Below are positions 28,689 to 37,354 of a stretch of 64,000 nt of DNA, in pieces. Position 1 is the first letter of the stretch; each line of letters begins with the position of its first letter. Source of the stretch: Acidobacteriota bacterium (GTDB lineage: Bacteria > Acidobacteriota > Thermoanaerobaculia > Multivoradales > Multivoraceae); assembly GCA_026707325.1 (NCBI GenBank), contig JAPOXA010000082.1, forward strand, positions 14,026-78,025. The letters run 5' to 3'. The notes beneath the pieces were generated by a model. That model ran no database searches. It saw nothing but the letters and a program-made list of their open reading frames with translations, and had not been told where the DNA came from. A program made the translations under genes and the position numbers.

Positions 28689-31231
28689 CCCGCACGCCGG
28701 CTGCCGCCATCCTGCTCGCCGCCGCCGCGACCGTGGCGCCGGCGGCCGGACAGCACGGCGCGATCGGCGGCGAGTGGCACGAGTACGGCGGCGACGCGGG
28801 CGGTACGAAGTACGCACCGCTCGGCCAGATCCACCGCGGCAACGTCGACGATCTGGCGATCCGCTGGCGCTGGGAGTCGCCCGACAACGCGATCGCGGAC
28901 CCCGACGCCGGTCTCGACAACGTCGCCTTCGAGGCGACCCCGCTGATGAGAGACGGCGTCCTCTACACCAGTACCTCGTTCAGCCAGGCGGCCGCCATCG
29001 ACGCCGCGACCGGCAGGCAGCTCTGGCTCCACGACCCGAGGAGCTACGAGTCGGGGCGCCCTCCGAACAACGGCTTCCTCCACCGCGGACTCGCCTGGTG
29101 GACGGACGGCGAGACGGAAACCGTGTATCTGGCAACCGGCGACGCGCGCCTGATCGCGCTCGATCCGGCGACCGGCACGCCCCGGCGGGAGTTCGGAAAC
29201 AGCGGCACCGTGGACCTCACAGGCGGCATCCGCTCCCTGAGCGGCAGGTCCGACCAGTACGGACACACCTCGCCGCCCACCGTGGTCGGCGACGTGGTGG
29301 TCGTCGGCTCGTCGGTCATGGACTGGGCGCCGCAGCCGGAATGGCCGCCGGGCGACGTCCGCGGCTACCACGCCCGCACCGGCAGGCTGCTGTGGACCTT
29401 CCACACCGTGCCGCGCCCCGGCCAGTTCGGCTACTCGACCTGGGAAGACGGCTCCGCCGAACGGGTCGGCGGCGCCAACGTCTGGGCGCCGATGACCGCC
29501 GACCTGGAACTCGGCTACGTCTACCTGCCGGTGAGCGCCCCGTCGAACCACTTCTACGGCGGCCACCGCAAGGGCGACAACCTGTTCGCGAACAGCATCG
29601 TCTGCCTCGACGCCAGGACCGGCCGCCGTGTCTGGCACTACCAGATCGTCCATCACGATATCTGGGACTTCGACTTGCCTTCGCCGCCCAACCTGGTCGT
29701 CATCACCGTCGGCGGTCGCGAGATCCCCGCGGTCGCGCAGGTCACGAAGCAGGGCTGGGTGTTCGTGTTCGACCGGCGGAACGGCAGGCCGGTGTGGCCG
29801 ATTCACGAGGTTCCGGTGCCCCAGTCGAGCGTGCCCGGCGAGCGAACCGCGCTGACCCAGCCGCGGCCGACGAAACCGCCGCCGTTCGACCGGCTGGGGA
29901 TCACGCGCGAGGATCTCGGCGACGGCGCCGAGGAAGTTCTCGCCGACCTGGACTGGGGGCCGATCTACACGCCCCTGTCCACCCGCGGCGCCGTCATCTA
30001 CCCGGGGCTCGGCGGCGGCGCGAACTGGGGCGGCGCCGCCTTCGATCCGACCCGCTCGAGGCTCTACGTCCCGGTCCAGGGGGTCGTTCCCTTCTGGATC
30101 CGCCTGTACCAGACCGCCATCTCCGGCTACTACCTGTACGACTCGGGCATCCTGTGGGCGTCCGGCAACCGCTATCTGCTGAAGCCTCCCTGGGGGCACG
30201 TCGCCGCCTACGACCTCGACCGCGGCGAGATCCTCTGGCAGCGGACCAACGACGGTGCGAACGGCTACGCCGGCACGCCGTCGCTGCTCGCGACCCAGGA
30301 CCTGCTCTTCTACGCCAACCGGACCCGGTCCTCGCTGACCGTCCTCGATCCCGCGAACGGCGACGTGCTCCGCACGATCGCGCTGCCGGCGGCAGCCTCG
30401 GGCGCCCCGATGAGCTACACAGTGAACGGCCGCCAGTACGTCGTCGTCGCGGTCGGCGCCGGGTCCTTCGACGCCGAACTCGTCGCGCTTTCCCTGACCT
30501 CGGACCTGCCGGAGCAGCGTCCAGGCACCCTGGGCTTCTCGCCGCCGTCCGTGACGGCGCAGAAAACAGACGGCGAGATCACGCTGAGCGTCGTCCGCGC
30601 CGGCGGCAGCGACGGGGCGGTCGCAGCCTCCGTGCGGACCGCTGGAGGCACCGCCACGGCGGGAACCGACTACAAGCCGGTCGCCCGCACGCTCGCCTGG
30701 GCTCACGGCGATTCGGCCAGCCGGACGTTCACGCTCCGGCTGCTCGAGGACGGTGCCGCGGAGGGAACGGAGACGATCGAACTCGAGCTCCACGATCCCC
30801 TGGGCGACGCGGCCCTCGGCGAGCGCCGCATGGTCGTCACGGTCGAGGACGAGTCGGACGCTCCGATCGGGCCGATCGCGGAATGCGTCCCGGACGCGAC
30901 GACCCTCTGCCTCAACGACGGCCGCTTCCGGGTCCGGGCCCGCTTCGCCACAGCCGCCGGCGAGGAATACGCTTCAGCCGCCGGCACCCATCTGACCAGG
31001 GACACCGGCTACTTCACCTTCTTCGACCCGGAGAACATCGAGATCGTGCTGAAGGTCCTCGACGGCTGCGCGCTGAACGACAGGTACTGGCTCTACGCCA
31101 CGGGCCTCACCGACGTCGAGGTCGAGCTGGAAGTCGCCGACCCGGTGACCCAGCAGCGACGCGTCATCACGAATCCCCTGGGCGAGCTGTTTCAGCCGGT
31201 CGCCAACAACCAGGCGTTCGCCTGCGAGTAG
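28685..31231 (+). CDS. PQQ-dependent dehydrogenase fused to Calx-beta and a C-terminal four-cysteine domain
   Basis: The GTG start overlaps the previous stop (GTGA). It has a signal peptide. The quinoprotein N-terminus is GEWHEYGGDAGGTKYAPL, followed by propeller repeats. The Calx-beta segment is GTATAGTDYKPV...TIELEL. The terminal 115 aa are homologous to the repeats in the 4688-5902 gene. Confidence 0.85.
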   Translation: MTRTPAAAILLAAAATVAPAAGQHGAIGGEWHEYGGDAGGTKYAPLGQIHRGNVDDLAIRWRWESPDNAIADPDAGLDNVAFEATPLMRDGVLYTSTSFSQAAAIDAATGRQLWLHDPRSYESGRPPNNGFLHRGLAWWTDGETETVYLATGDARLIALDPATGTPRREFGNSGTVDLTGGIRSLSGRSDQYGHTSPPTVVGDVVVVGSSVMDWAPQPEWPPGDVRGYHARTGRLLWTFHTVPRPGQFGYSTWEDGSAERVGGANVWAPMTADLELGYVYLPVSAPSNHFYGGHRKGDNLFANSIVCLDARTGRRVWHYQIVHHDIWDFDLPSPPNLVVITVGGREIPAVAQVTKQGWVFVFDRRNGRPVWPIHEVPVPQSSVPGERTALTQPRPTKPPPFDRLGITREDLGDGAEEVLADLDWGPIYTPLSTRGAVIYPGLGGGANWGGAAFDPTRSRLYVPVQGVVPFWIRLYQTAISGYYLYDSGILWASGNRYLLKPPWGHVAAYDLDRGEILWQRTNDGANGYAGTPSLLATQDLLFYANRTRSSLTVLDPANGDVLRTIALPAAASGAPMSYTVNGRQYVVVAVGAGSFDAELVALSLTSDLPEQRPGTLGFSPPSVTAQKTDGEITLSVVRAGGSDGAVAASVRTAGGTATAGTDYKPVARTLAWAHGDSASRTFTLRLLEDGAAEGTETIELELHDPLGDAALGERRMVVTVEDESDAPIGPIAECVPDATTLCLNDGRFRVRARFATAAGEEYASAAGTHLTRDTGYFTFFDPENIEIVLKVLDGCALNDRYWLYATGLTDVEVELEVADPVTQQRRVITNPLGELFQPVANNQAFACE

Positions 31232-31243
31232 AGCAGCGAACCG

Positions 31244-32680
31244 CTACGGCGGCCCGGCTGCTCGCAAGCGCTCGTACGCCTCCATCTGCGCATTCGCTTC
31301 TTCGCTGCGCCCCAGAGCCTCGAGCACCCGGGCGTAGTTGAAACGCAGCGGCGGGTTGCCGTCCAGCCCGAGTTCGAGCGCCCGTTCCATCCGCTCGGCG
31401 GCCTCGGCGTGACGGCCGACCTCCGCCGCGATCATCCCGAGGAGGGCGTGGGCCTCGCCGAGGTCGGGATCAAGCGCCACGGCCCCTTCGAGCGCGGGCG
31501 CGGCGGCCTCGGCGCGTCCACTCGCGTGCAGGAACATCCCCTCCAGATAGTGGTGTTCGACCCGGTTCGGCTCGAGCCGCCGCGCCTCGGCAGCGCTCGC
31601 CGCGGCATCGGCGGCCCGACCCATCGAGAACAGGACCTTGGCCCGCAGGGAGTGAACGTCCGCGGCCCGCGATTCGTCCCGGCGTCCGGGCAAGCCGGCC
31701 AGGCGTTCGAGTGCGGCTTCGAGGTCGCCCGCCGCTGCCAACCGCTGCGCCTCCGACAGGGCCGACACCGTCCCCGCGGAGGCCAGGCGCTCGCTCTCCG
31801 CCGCACGCCCCCGGGCCGCCTCGAGCGACCGGTAGCGGTCGAGCGCCGCCCGGGCGGCTTGCCGGTCTCCGGCGGCGGCAAGCGTTCGCCCCAGCCGGTA
31901 GACCACTTCCGGTTCCTCCGGCGCCAGTTCCGCGGCGACGCGCAGGTGTTCGAGAGCTTCCGGGTAGCGCGCTTCGGCCACGAGAAGGTCCGCCGCTTCC
32001 AGACGCACGACGACCCCGTCGCCCACACCAACGTCGAGAGCGCGTTGCAGGTAGCCCAGGGCTTCCACGCGGCGGCTCGGATCGCGCGCCAGCGCCAGCC
32101 CGCGGGCGAGGTCGAGGCCGGGACTCGCAACGTTCTCGGCCGCGGCCGCCGAAGCGGCCGCCAGCGCCTCCCCCGCCTGACCGTCGGCCAGCCGCAGGAG
32201 GGCCAGTTGCTCGTAGATGTCCGCGCTGCCAAGCGGCCGGGCCGCGCCCTCCTCCAGCAGCCGGATCGCTTCGCCGGTGCGGTCCAGGTCGCGAAGCAGC
32301 AGCGCCGGCGCCAGGTAGACCGACGCGATGTCGCGAGCCGCCCCGCTACCGGCGACTGCCGGACCATCCGGCTCAAGCTCTCGCGCCCGGGAGAACGCCG
32401 CCAGAGCATCGTCCGCGCGGCCAAGCGTCAGCAAAGCCCGGGCCAGCGCCAGGGCCGGCCCGAACTCCGAGGGCGCGCGTTCGACCGCCGCACGGGCCTG
32501 CGCCAGGGACTCGACCGGATCGCGCGTTGCCGATTCACCCTCACCGGGAATGGCCCATCCAGGTACGACCGGCATCGCGGCGCCCACCAGGAGGGCGGCC
32601 ACGAGGCTGCACCGCAGGATCGACGTGCGGCCGAGGCCGGGCACGGAGCCTGCGACGGGTTTGGCGGCTGGCCCGGACAC
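31244..32680 (-). CDS. Tetratricopeptide (TPR) repeat protein, secreted
   Basis: It has a GTG start and a hydrophobic N-terminus. Multiple Ala/Leu-rich 34-aa repeats are present (ALE..RRA.ELDP..). Confidence 0.75.
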   Translation of the reverse strand: MSGPAAKPVAGSVPGLGRTSILRCSLVAALLVGAAMPVVPGWAIPGEGESATRDPVESLAQARAAVERAPSEFGPALALARALLTLGRADDALAAFSRARELEPDGPAVAGSGAARDIASVYLAPALLLRDLDRTGEAIRLLEEGAARPLGSADIYEQLALLRLADGQAGEALAAASAAAAENVASPGLDLARGLALARDPSRRVEALGYLQRALDVGVGDGVVVRLEAADLLVAEARYPEALEHLRVAAELAPEEPEVVYRLGRTLAAAGDRQAARAALDRYRSLEAARGRAAESERLASAGTVSALSEAQRLAAAGDLEAALERLAGLPGRRDESRAADVHSLRAKVLFSMGRAADAAASAAEARRLEPNRVEHHYLEGMFLHASGRAEAAAPALEGAVALDPDLGEAHALLGMIAAEVGRHAEAAERMERALELGLDGNPPLRFNYARVLEALGRSEEANAQMEAYERLRAAGPP

Positions 32681-32698
32681 GGGCAGTCAGCGTAGCAG

Positions 32699-33262
32699 TC
32701 ACTCCGCGGCGAAAAGGACCCTCAGCGCCGCGTCGAGCATCTCTCCACGAGGATCGAGAGCCACCAGCCGGCCCTCGCGGTCGAACAGCAGGGAGCGCGG
32801 CGGATACTCCACCTGGAAGCGCCCGGCTACGGCGCCGGCGGTGCCGAGCCCGTCGAAGAGGACAGGCCAGGTGATGCCCTGCCGCCGGCCGAAGCTGCGC
32901 AGATCGCGGCGCGAGCAACGGTCGAGCGAGACGGACAGGATGATGAGTCCCCGGTCCTCGTAGGCCGTCCGAGCCCGCTCGAGATGCGGGAAGTCGGCGA
33001 GGCAGGGAGCACACCAAGTGGCCCAGAAATCGAGCAGGACGACGCGGTCCCCGAGGTCGGCGGCGGTCCAGGTCCGACCCTCGAGGTCCTGTACCTCAAG
33101 GTCGCCCCAGAGCCCTGCCAGGCGGGTGCCGGGCGCTTCCGGCGGTGCCGGCGCCTCCCCGCTCGCCGGTCCCGTGCCCCCGTCCAGCGCCCAGGCGGAA
33201 GGCGCTGCCGGGGCGTACACCAGCGTCACCGACAGGATCAGGAGACCGGCCCGCGTCATCAC
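32699..33262 (-). CDS. TlpA/redoxin-family thiol:disulfide oxidoreductase
   Basis: It has a signal peptide and the motif FWATWCAPC. The start is GTG at 33262 or ATG at 33259, and either overlaps the receptor stop. Confidence 0.85.
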   Translation of the reverse strand: MMTRAGLLILSVTLVYAPAAPSAWALDGGTGPASGEAPAPPEAPGTRLAGLWGDLEVQDLEGRTWTAADLGDRVVLLDFWATWCAPCLADFPHLERARTAYEDRGLIILSVSLDRCSRRDLRSFGRRQGITWPVLFDGLGTAGAVAGRFQVEYPPRSLLFDREGRLVALDPRGEMLDAALRVLFAAE

Positions 33263-35538
33263 AGATCCAACTTCAAACCGACGACCAAACTACGCGGAAA
33301 CCGCGGCCCGTAAACGTAACTCGGATCCCTGAACGGTCCGCGGTCGAGGTCCTGCTGATAACCGTCCGTCAGGTTCCTCACCGCGACGCTGGCCGTGATC
33401 CGGCGGTCGCCGCCGAACGCGAAACGCCGCAACAGGCCTACGTCCCAGGTCAGGAAGCCCCGCGTGACTTCCAGCCGGTTCTCGGGGATGTAGCCCGCGT
33501 AGTGAGGCGCCAGCATCGAACCGGTGTACCGGAGCCCGGTAAAGACCGTGAGTTCGCGCGGCAGCGGCCACTGGACGCTCGCGGTGCCGTACTCCTCGGG
33601 AGTCCGGAACATCGTCGTACTGCCGAAGTCCGGCTCCGCCTCGCCCAACTCCGCCCGCTGCCAGGCGTAGCCCGCGTCCAACGTCAGGCCGCCGCGGCGA
33701 AGCCCCCAACCGACTTCTACGCCGCGCACCCGCGCGCGGCCGAAGTTCGTGCGCAGGAACTCGAGTTCCGGGGTCGCTGGATCGGCGGCCTCCAGGCGGT
33801 GAAACAGGTCGTCGATTCGGGTGTCGAAGACGGTCGCGTCGAACGCCATCGACATACGCCGGCCCACGGTCGGCCGCCACTCGAGGCTCGCCATGCGCGA
33901 AGCCGACGTCTCTTCGCGCAGGCCGGTGGCGTCGCGCACGACCATCGGTTTGCCGCCCAGGAGAGCGATGTGCAAGGCCTCGTCGAACACCGCCGGCGGC
34001 AGGAAGCCCGCGCTGTGGGAAACGCGAAAGGTCAGGTCGCTTCGGGGCGTCCACATCAGGGCGGCGCGAGGCGAAACGATGGCGCCGTCGACCGCGCTGT
34101 GCCGGTCGGCCCGCACACCGTAGAGCAGCGTCACGTGGTCGCCGATCCGGCGGTCGTCCTGCACGAAGCCGGAGACGCTCCGGTAGGTCTCCCGGATCAC
34201 GCGCCCATAGGCAGGTTGCCGGTCGTCGATCAGGTCGCGCCCGGCCTGGACGCCGAAGCTCACGGTCCCCCGGTCGCCGCCGCGGTTGACGTGGGAGTCG
34301 AACACCCAGAGCGGGTTGCGGGTCGCACCGAAGGCGCCAGGATCACCGCCCGCGCCGTAGTAGCTGGCCCGCCCGGTGGCGGCATGCGACACCGTGGCGC
34401 GCCAGTCCCAGAGCGGCGACACGGTGTGCAGCCAGGAGACGGCCCCGCCACGCCGGTTCGAGTCCAACTGCTCGGCGACCTCTGCCTGCTCCGGCGGCAG
34501 GTGAAGCCGGTCGCCGCCGCGCCGGAACTCGGACATGTAGCTGACCTCGGCCGAGAACCGCGCCGAGCCTTCCAGGAAGAACTCGTGGTAGCGCGCGCCG
34601 GCGGCGTCGAGATCGCGGATCGACACCTCGCTGAAGCCGTCGCCGTCCACGTCGACCGGCGCCACGCGGTCCACCTGACCGTGAACCGTGACAGCCCGTT
34701 CCGAGCCCGAGGCCCAATCCGCTACCAGGCTCCAGGACGGTGTCTCGGCGGTACCGGCGGCGCCGCCCATCCTCTCCGAGCGGGCGTCGGCCTCGATGTG
34801 GGTGTGGTCGGGATGATGAGGAATCAGGTTGATCACGCCCGCGACCGCGCCGGCTCCATAGGCCGGAGAGCCCCCTCCCTTGACCACCTCGACACTGTCG
34901 ATCAGGCGCGCCGGTAACTGCTCGATGCCGTAGACCATCGCCAGAGACGAAAGCGCCGGCCGGCCGTCGACCAGGAGCTGCGAGTACGGTCCCTCGAGCC
35001 CCAGCAGCCGGATCTGCGAGGCGTTGCAGGTCTGGCAGGTCGACTCCACGCGCACGCCGCGCGTCCACTCGACGGCGTCGGCCAGGGTCCGGGCGGCCGC
35101 GCTCTCGATCCGGGAGCGCGGCACCGTCTGCACGTGGAGCGGCACGTCCGCCAACCGCTTCTCCGTCCGCGTCGCGCTGATCACGACCTCCGCGCCGAAG
35201 GAAGGGCGAAGTTGCACGTCGAGCTGAACCGGTTCCCGGTCCTCGATCAGGAACCCCTGCTCTGCGAGTCCGTAACCCTCCGCGTAGACCACCAGGCGGT
35301 GTTCGCCCGCGGTCACCGGGTGGAGGCAGAACCGACCGTCCACCGACGTCACCACCGTAGCGGACGACGAGGTCAAGGTCACCGCGGCGCCGGCTACCGG
35401 CTGGCCCTGGAGCGACTCCACCGTGCCGTGAACTCCGCCGTCGGTCGGACACACCGTCGCCATCGCCTGCCCGGTTGCCAGAAGCGCCAGCGCTCCGGCC
35501 GCAACGACGGCAGCGCCGCTCGGCACAAGCTCGGACAT
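33259..35538 (-). CDS. TonB-dependent receptor with CarboxypepD_reg-like N-terminal domain
   Basis: The ATG at 35538 is preceded by GGAAAGG; an alternative ATG is at 35553. The N-terminal domain reads GVHGTVESLQGQPVAGAAVTL. The plug contains VEVVKGGGSPAYGAGAVAGVINLI. The protein ends VVGLKLDL. Confidence 0.85.
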   Translation of the reverse strand: MSELVPSGAAVVAAGALALLATGQAMATVCPTDGGVHGTVESLQGQPVAGAAVTLTSSSATVVTSVDGRFCLHPVTAGEHRLVVYAEGYGLAEQGFLIEDREPVQLDVQLRPSFGAEVVISATRTEKRLADVPLHVQTVPRSRIESAAARTLADAVEWTRGVRVESTCQTCNASQIRLLGLEGPYSQLLVDGRPALSSLAMVYGIEQLPARLIDSVEVVKGGGSPAYGAGAVAGVINLIPHHPDHTHIEADARSERMGGAAGTAETPSWSLVADWASGSERAVTVHGQVDRVAPVDVDGDGFSEVSIRDLDAAGARYHEFFLEGSARFSAEVSYMSEFRRGGDRLHLPPEQAEVAEQLDSNRRGGAVSWLHTVSPLWDWRATVSHAATGRASYYGAGGDPGAFGATRNPLWVFDSHVNRGGDRGTVSFGVQAGRDLIDDRQPAYGRVIRETYRSVSGFVQDDRRIGDHVTLLYGVRADRHSAVDGAIVSPRAALMWTPRSDLTFRVSHSAGFLPPAVFDEALHIALLGGKPMVVRDATGLREETSASRMASLEWRPTVGRRMSMAFDATVFDTRIDDLFHRLEAADPATPELEFLRTNFGRARVRGVEVGWGLRRGGLTLDAGYAWQRAELGEAEPDFGSTTMFRTPEEYGTASVQWPLPRELTVFTGLRYTGSMLAPHYAGYIPENRLEVTRGFLTWDVGLLRRFAFGGDRRITASVAVRNLTDGYQQDLDRGPFRDPSYVYGPRFPRSLVVGLKLDL

Positions 35539-35561
35539 CCGCGGCCTTTCCATGGCCGCAA

Positions 35562-35591
35562 ATCTTATTTTTAGTTCCTACGAAAAAGCAA
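35562..35591 (-). promoter_or_regulatory. Candidate sigma70-like promoter in an AT-rich patch upstream of the receptor operon
   Basis: On the minus strand, TTGCTT-N18-TAAGAT sits within the unusually AT-rich stretch 35559-35592. It is very close to the start codons, so the leader would be short. Confidence 0.25.
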
Positions 35592-35660
35592 CTGCGCGAC
35601 ATCGAACAACCCCCGGGGGCGACGCGCTGCCAGCCGAATCGCCCGACGGCCGTCCGAGCT

Positions 35661-36029
35661 TCAGCCCATCTTGAAGAAGCAGAGCTTGTTGCCGTCCAGG
35701 TCCCGGACGTAGCCGCCGTAGAACGTGGGCACCCGCGTTCCAGGCGCGCCCTCGTCGGTACCGCCCAGCTCTAGCGCCCTGGCGTGGAGCTGGTTGACCT
35801 GCTCCTCCGAGGCCGCGGCGATCGCCACCATGTTCCCGTTCCCGGGTACCTGCGGCTCCTCGTTGTAGGGAATGCAGATGGCGAGCATCGGCTGTCCCGG
35901 GGCGACGCCGTAACCCTTGATCCGACCCATGTCGAACATCGTCTTCGCGCCCAGCTCGCCGAGCAGGGCATCGTAGAACGCCGTCGCCCGGTCCATGTCG
36001 TTCACGCCGATCGTGCAGTATCCCAGCAT
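35661..36029 (-). CDS. VOC (glyoxalase/bleomycin-resistance/dioxygenase) family protein
   Basis: It is 122 aa. The N-terminus LGYCTIGVNDMDRATAFYDALLG and the C-terminus GYVRDLDGNKLCFF are typical of the fold. Confidence 0.8.
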   Translation of the reverse strand: MLGYCTIGVNDMDRATAFYDALLGELGAKTMFDMGRIKGYGVAPGQPMLAICIPYNEEPQVPGNGNMVAIAAASEEQVNQLHARALELGGTDEGAPGTRVPTFYGGYVRDLDGNKLCFFKMG

Positions 36030-36107
36030 CGAGAGTGCTCCCTTGAGATCGCAACCGCCGCAACCAGCCGCGGCGGGCGGAGCCGGAAGATAGCAGCCCG
36101 GTCGGCC

Positions 36108-37169
36108 TCAGCTCTCGTCGTCAGTCCCAACGTCCTCGATCAGGTCGGCGCGGCGCAGGTCGAGCTTCTCGCCCGTGAAACTGTCGAGCTTGTAGATCCA
36201 GGAGCCGTGGTAGTCATTGAACTCCTGCATCTCCTCCGCCCGGTTCAGGATGTCCGCCTTCTCCTGGAGCTCCTCCTCCGGCGTGTCGCGCTCGATCTCC
36301 ACCTGTTGCACCGTGTGGTAGCCGCCGATCCTGATGTAGCGGTCGTCCTCGCGCGTGGCGACCGCGACGACGTAGCCGGAACCGTCTTCCAACTCGTACC
36401 GGAACTCGCCGTCGAAGGTGAGATCGGCCACTTCCTCGTCGTCGGCGAGGTGGACCTCGGAGAACCGCAGGCGGGACAGGAAGTTCTTGACCCGGCCGAC
36501 CTCGCTCGTCTTCTCGCGCCGCCCGGACGGCACCCGCTCGAGCACGAGGTCCGCGCCCTCTTCGCCGTCCTTGCTGAACGTGAAGTCGGGACCCTCGATG
36601 CGCACCACGTCCCCTGAGGCGGCGTCGACGATCTCCTTCTGCAGAAACTGGTCGGCGGTGCTGTCGATCAGCACGGTCGCTTCGGTCAGGTAGATCGGGG
36701 CGTCCTCGCCGTCGAGGCGCCGCACGTAGTTGCCGCTGCCGTCGGCGAACCGGTCGCCGACCCGCAGCCGCACCATGTCGCTGCCGGCCGCGTTCCTGAG
36801 GGCCACCTCGACGGTGTCCTCTCCGGGCGGTTCGATCCCGAGTTCCGCGGCCAGGCTCTCGCCGGAGCCGACCTCCTTGGCCAACTCGATGTCGAGCAGG
36901 TTGCGCACCAGCCGGTTCACTCCCTCGTTCCTGGCCTGGTAGTCGTGGACCTCCTCGACGACGTAGCGGTCGCCGTCCCGGGACAGCGTCACCTGCTCAC
37001 CGCCCTGGATCACCTCTACCTGCGCGATCTCGTCCGGGTTCAGGTTGGGCAGGAACTTCTGCCCGCTCTCGAAGCGCTCCGCGCGCGACACGCTGTTCCA
37101 GTAGCTGAAGACGGAAAGGGCGAGCAGCACCGCGGCGGCCGCCGCCAGTCGCTGGTTCATCTGGTTCAT
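36108..37169 (-). CDS. DUF4340 domain-containing protein (accessory to GldG-type ABC system)
   Basis: The ATG at 37169 has AAGGAG 8 nt upstream. It has an N-terminal anchor and the block LPNLNPDEIAQVEV. It sits downstream of a GldG-like gene, as is typical. Confidence 0.75.
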   Translation of the reverse strand: MNQMNQRLAAAAAVLLALSVFSYWNSVSRAERFESGQKFLPNLNPDEIAQVEVIQGGEQVTLSRDGDRYVVEEVHDYQARNEGVNRLVRNLLDIELAKEVGSGESLAAELGIEPPGEDTVEVALRNAAGSDMVRLRVGDRFADGSGNYVRRLDGEDAPIYLTEATVLIDSTADQFLQKEIVDAASGDVVRIEGPDFTFSKDGEEGADLVLERVPSGRREKTSEVGRVKNFLSRLRFSEVHLADDEEVADLTFDGEFRYELEDGSGYVVAVATREDDRYIRIGGYHTVQQVEIERDTPEEELQEKADILNRAEEMQEFNDYHGSWIYKLDSFTGEKLDLRRADLIEDVGTDDES

Positions 37170-37183
37170 GCCGGTTGACTCCT

Positions 37184-37347
37184 TAGCAGCCCGTGGTGGA
37201 AGTGCGTGTCGCACCGAGAGCGGTCAGGCGCCCGTCCGGCAAGGCGCGACGAGGGAGCATACCGGGCCGTATTCGACCGAGGAGCAACAAAGCCGGGCGG
37301 GATGCATGGCCGCTCGAATGCAACGCGACTTCCTCCACGGGCTGCTA
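37184..37347 (-). other. Structured intergenic element closed by a 20-bp inverted repeat (19/20 match)
   Basis: TAGCAGCCCGTGGTGGAAGT at 37184-37203 pairs with ACTTCCTCCACGGGCTGCTA at 37328-37347. The element fills the 185-nt gap between the GldG stop and the DUF4340 RBS. Confidence 0.5.
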
Positions 37348-37354
37348 CCGATCC

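Noticed and set aside
36091-36100. 10-mer TAGCAGCCCG identical to the left arm of the 37184-37347 inverted repeat, possibly a second copy of the element.
   Set aside because: No complementary partner lies nearby. A single 10-mer match in 128 kb of two-strand sequence is only marginally unexpected. It is noted within the finding but not called as a feature.
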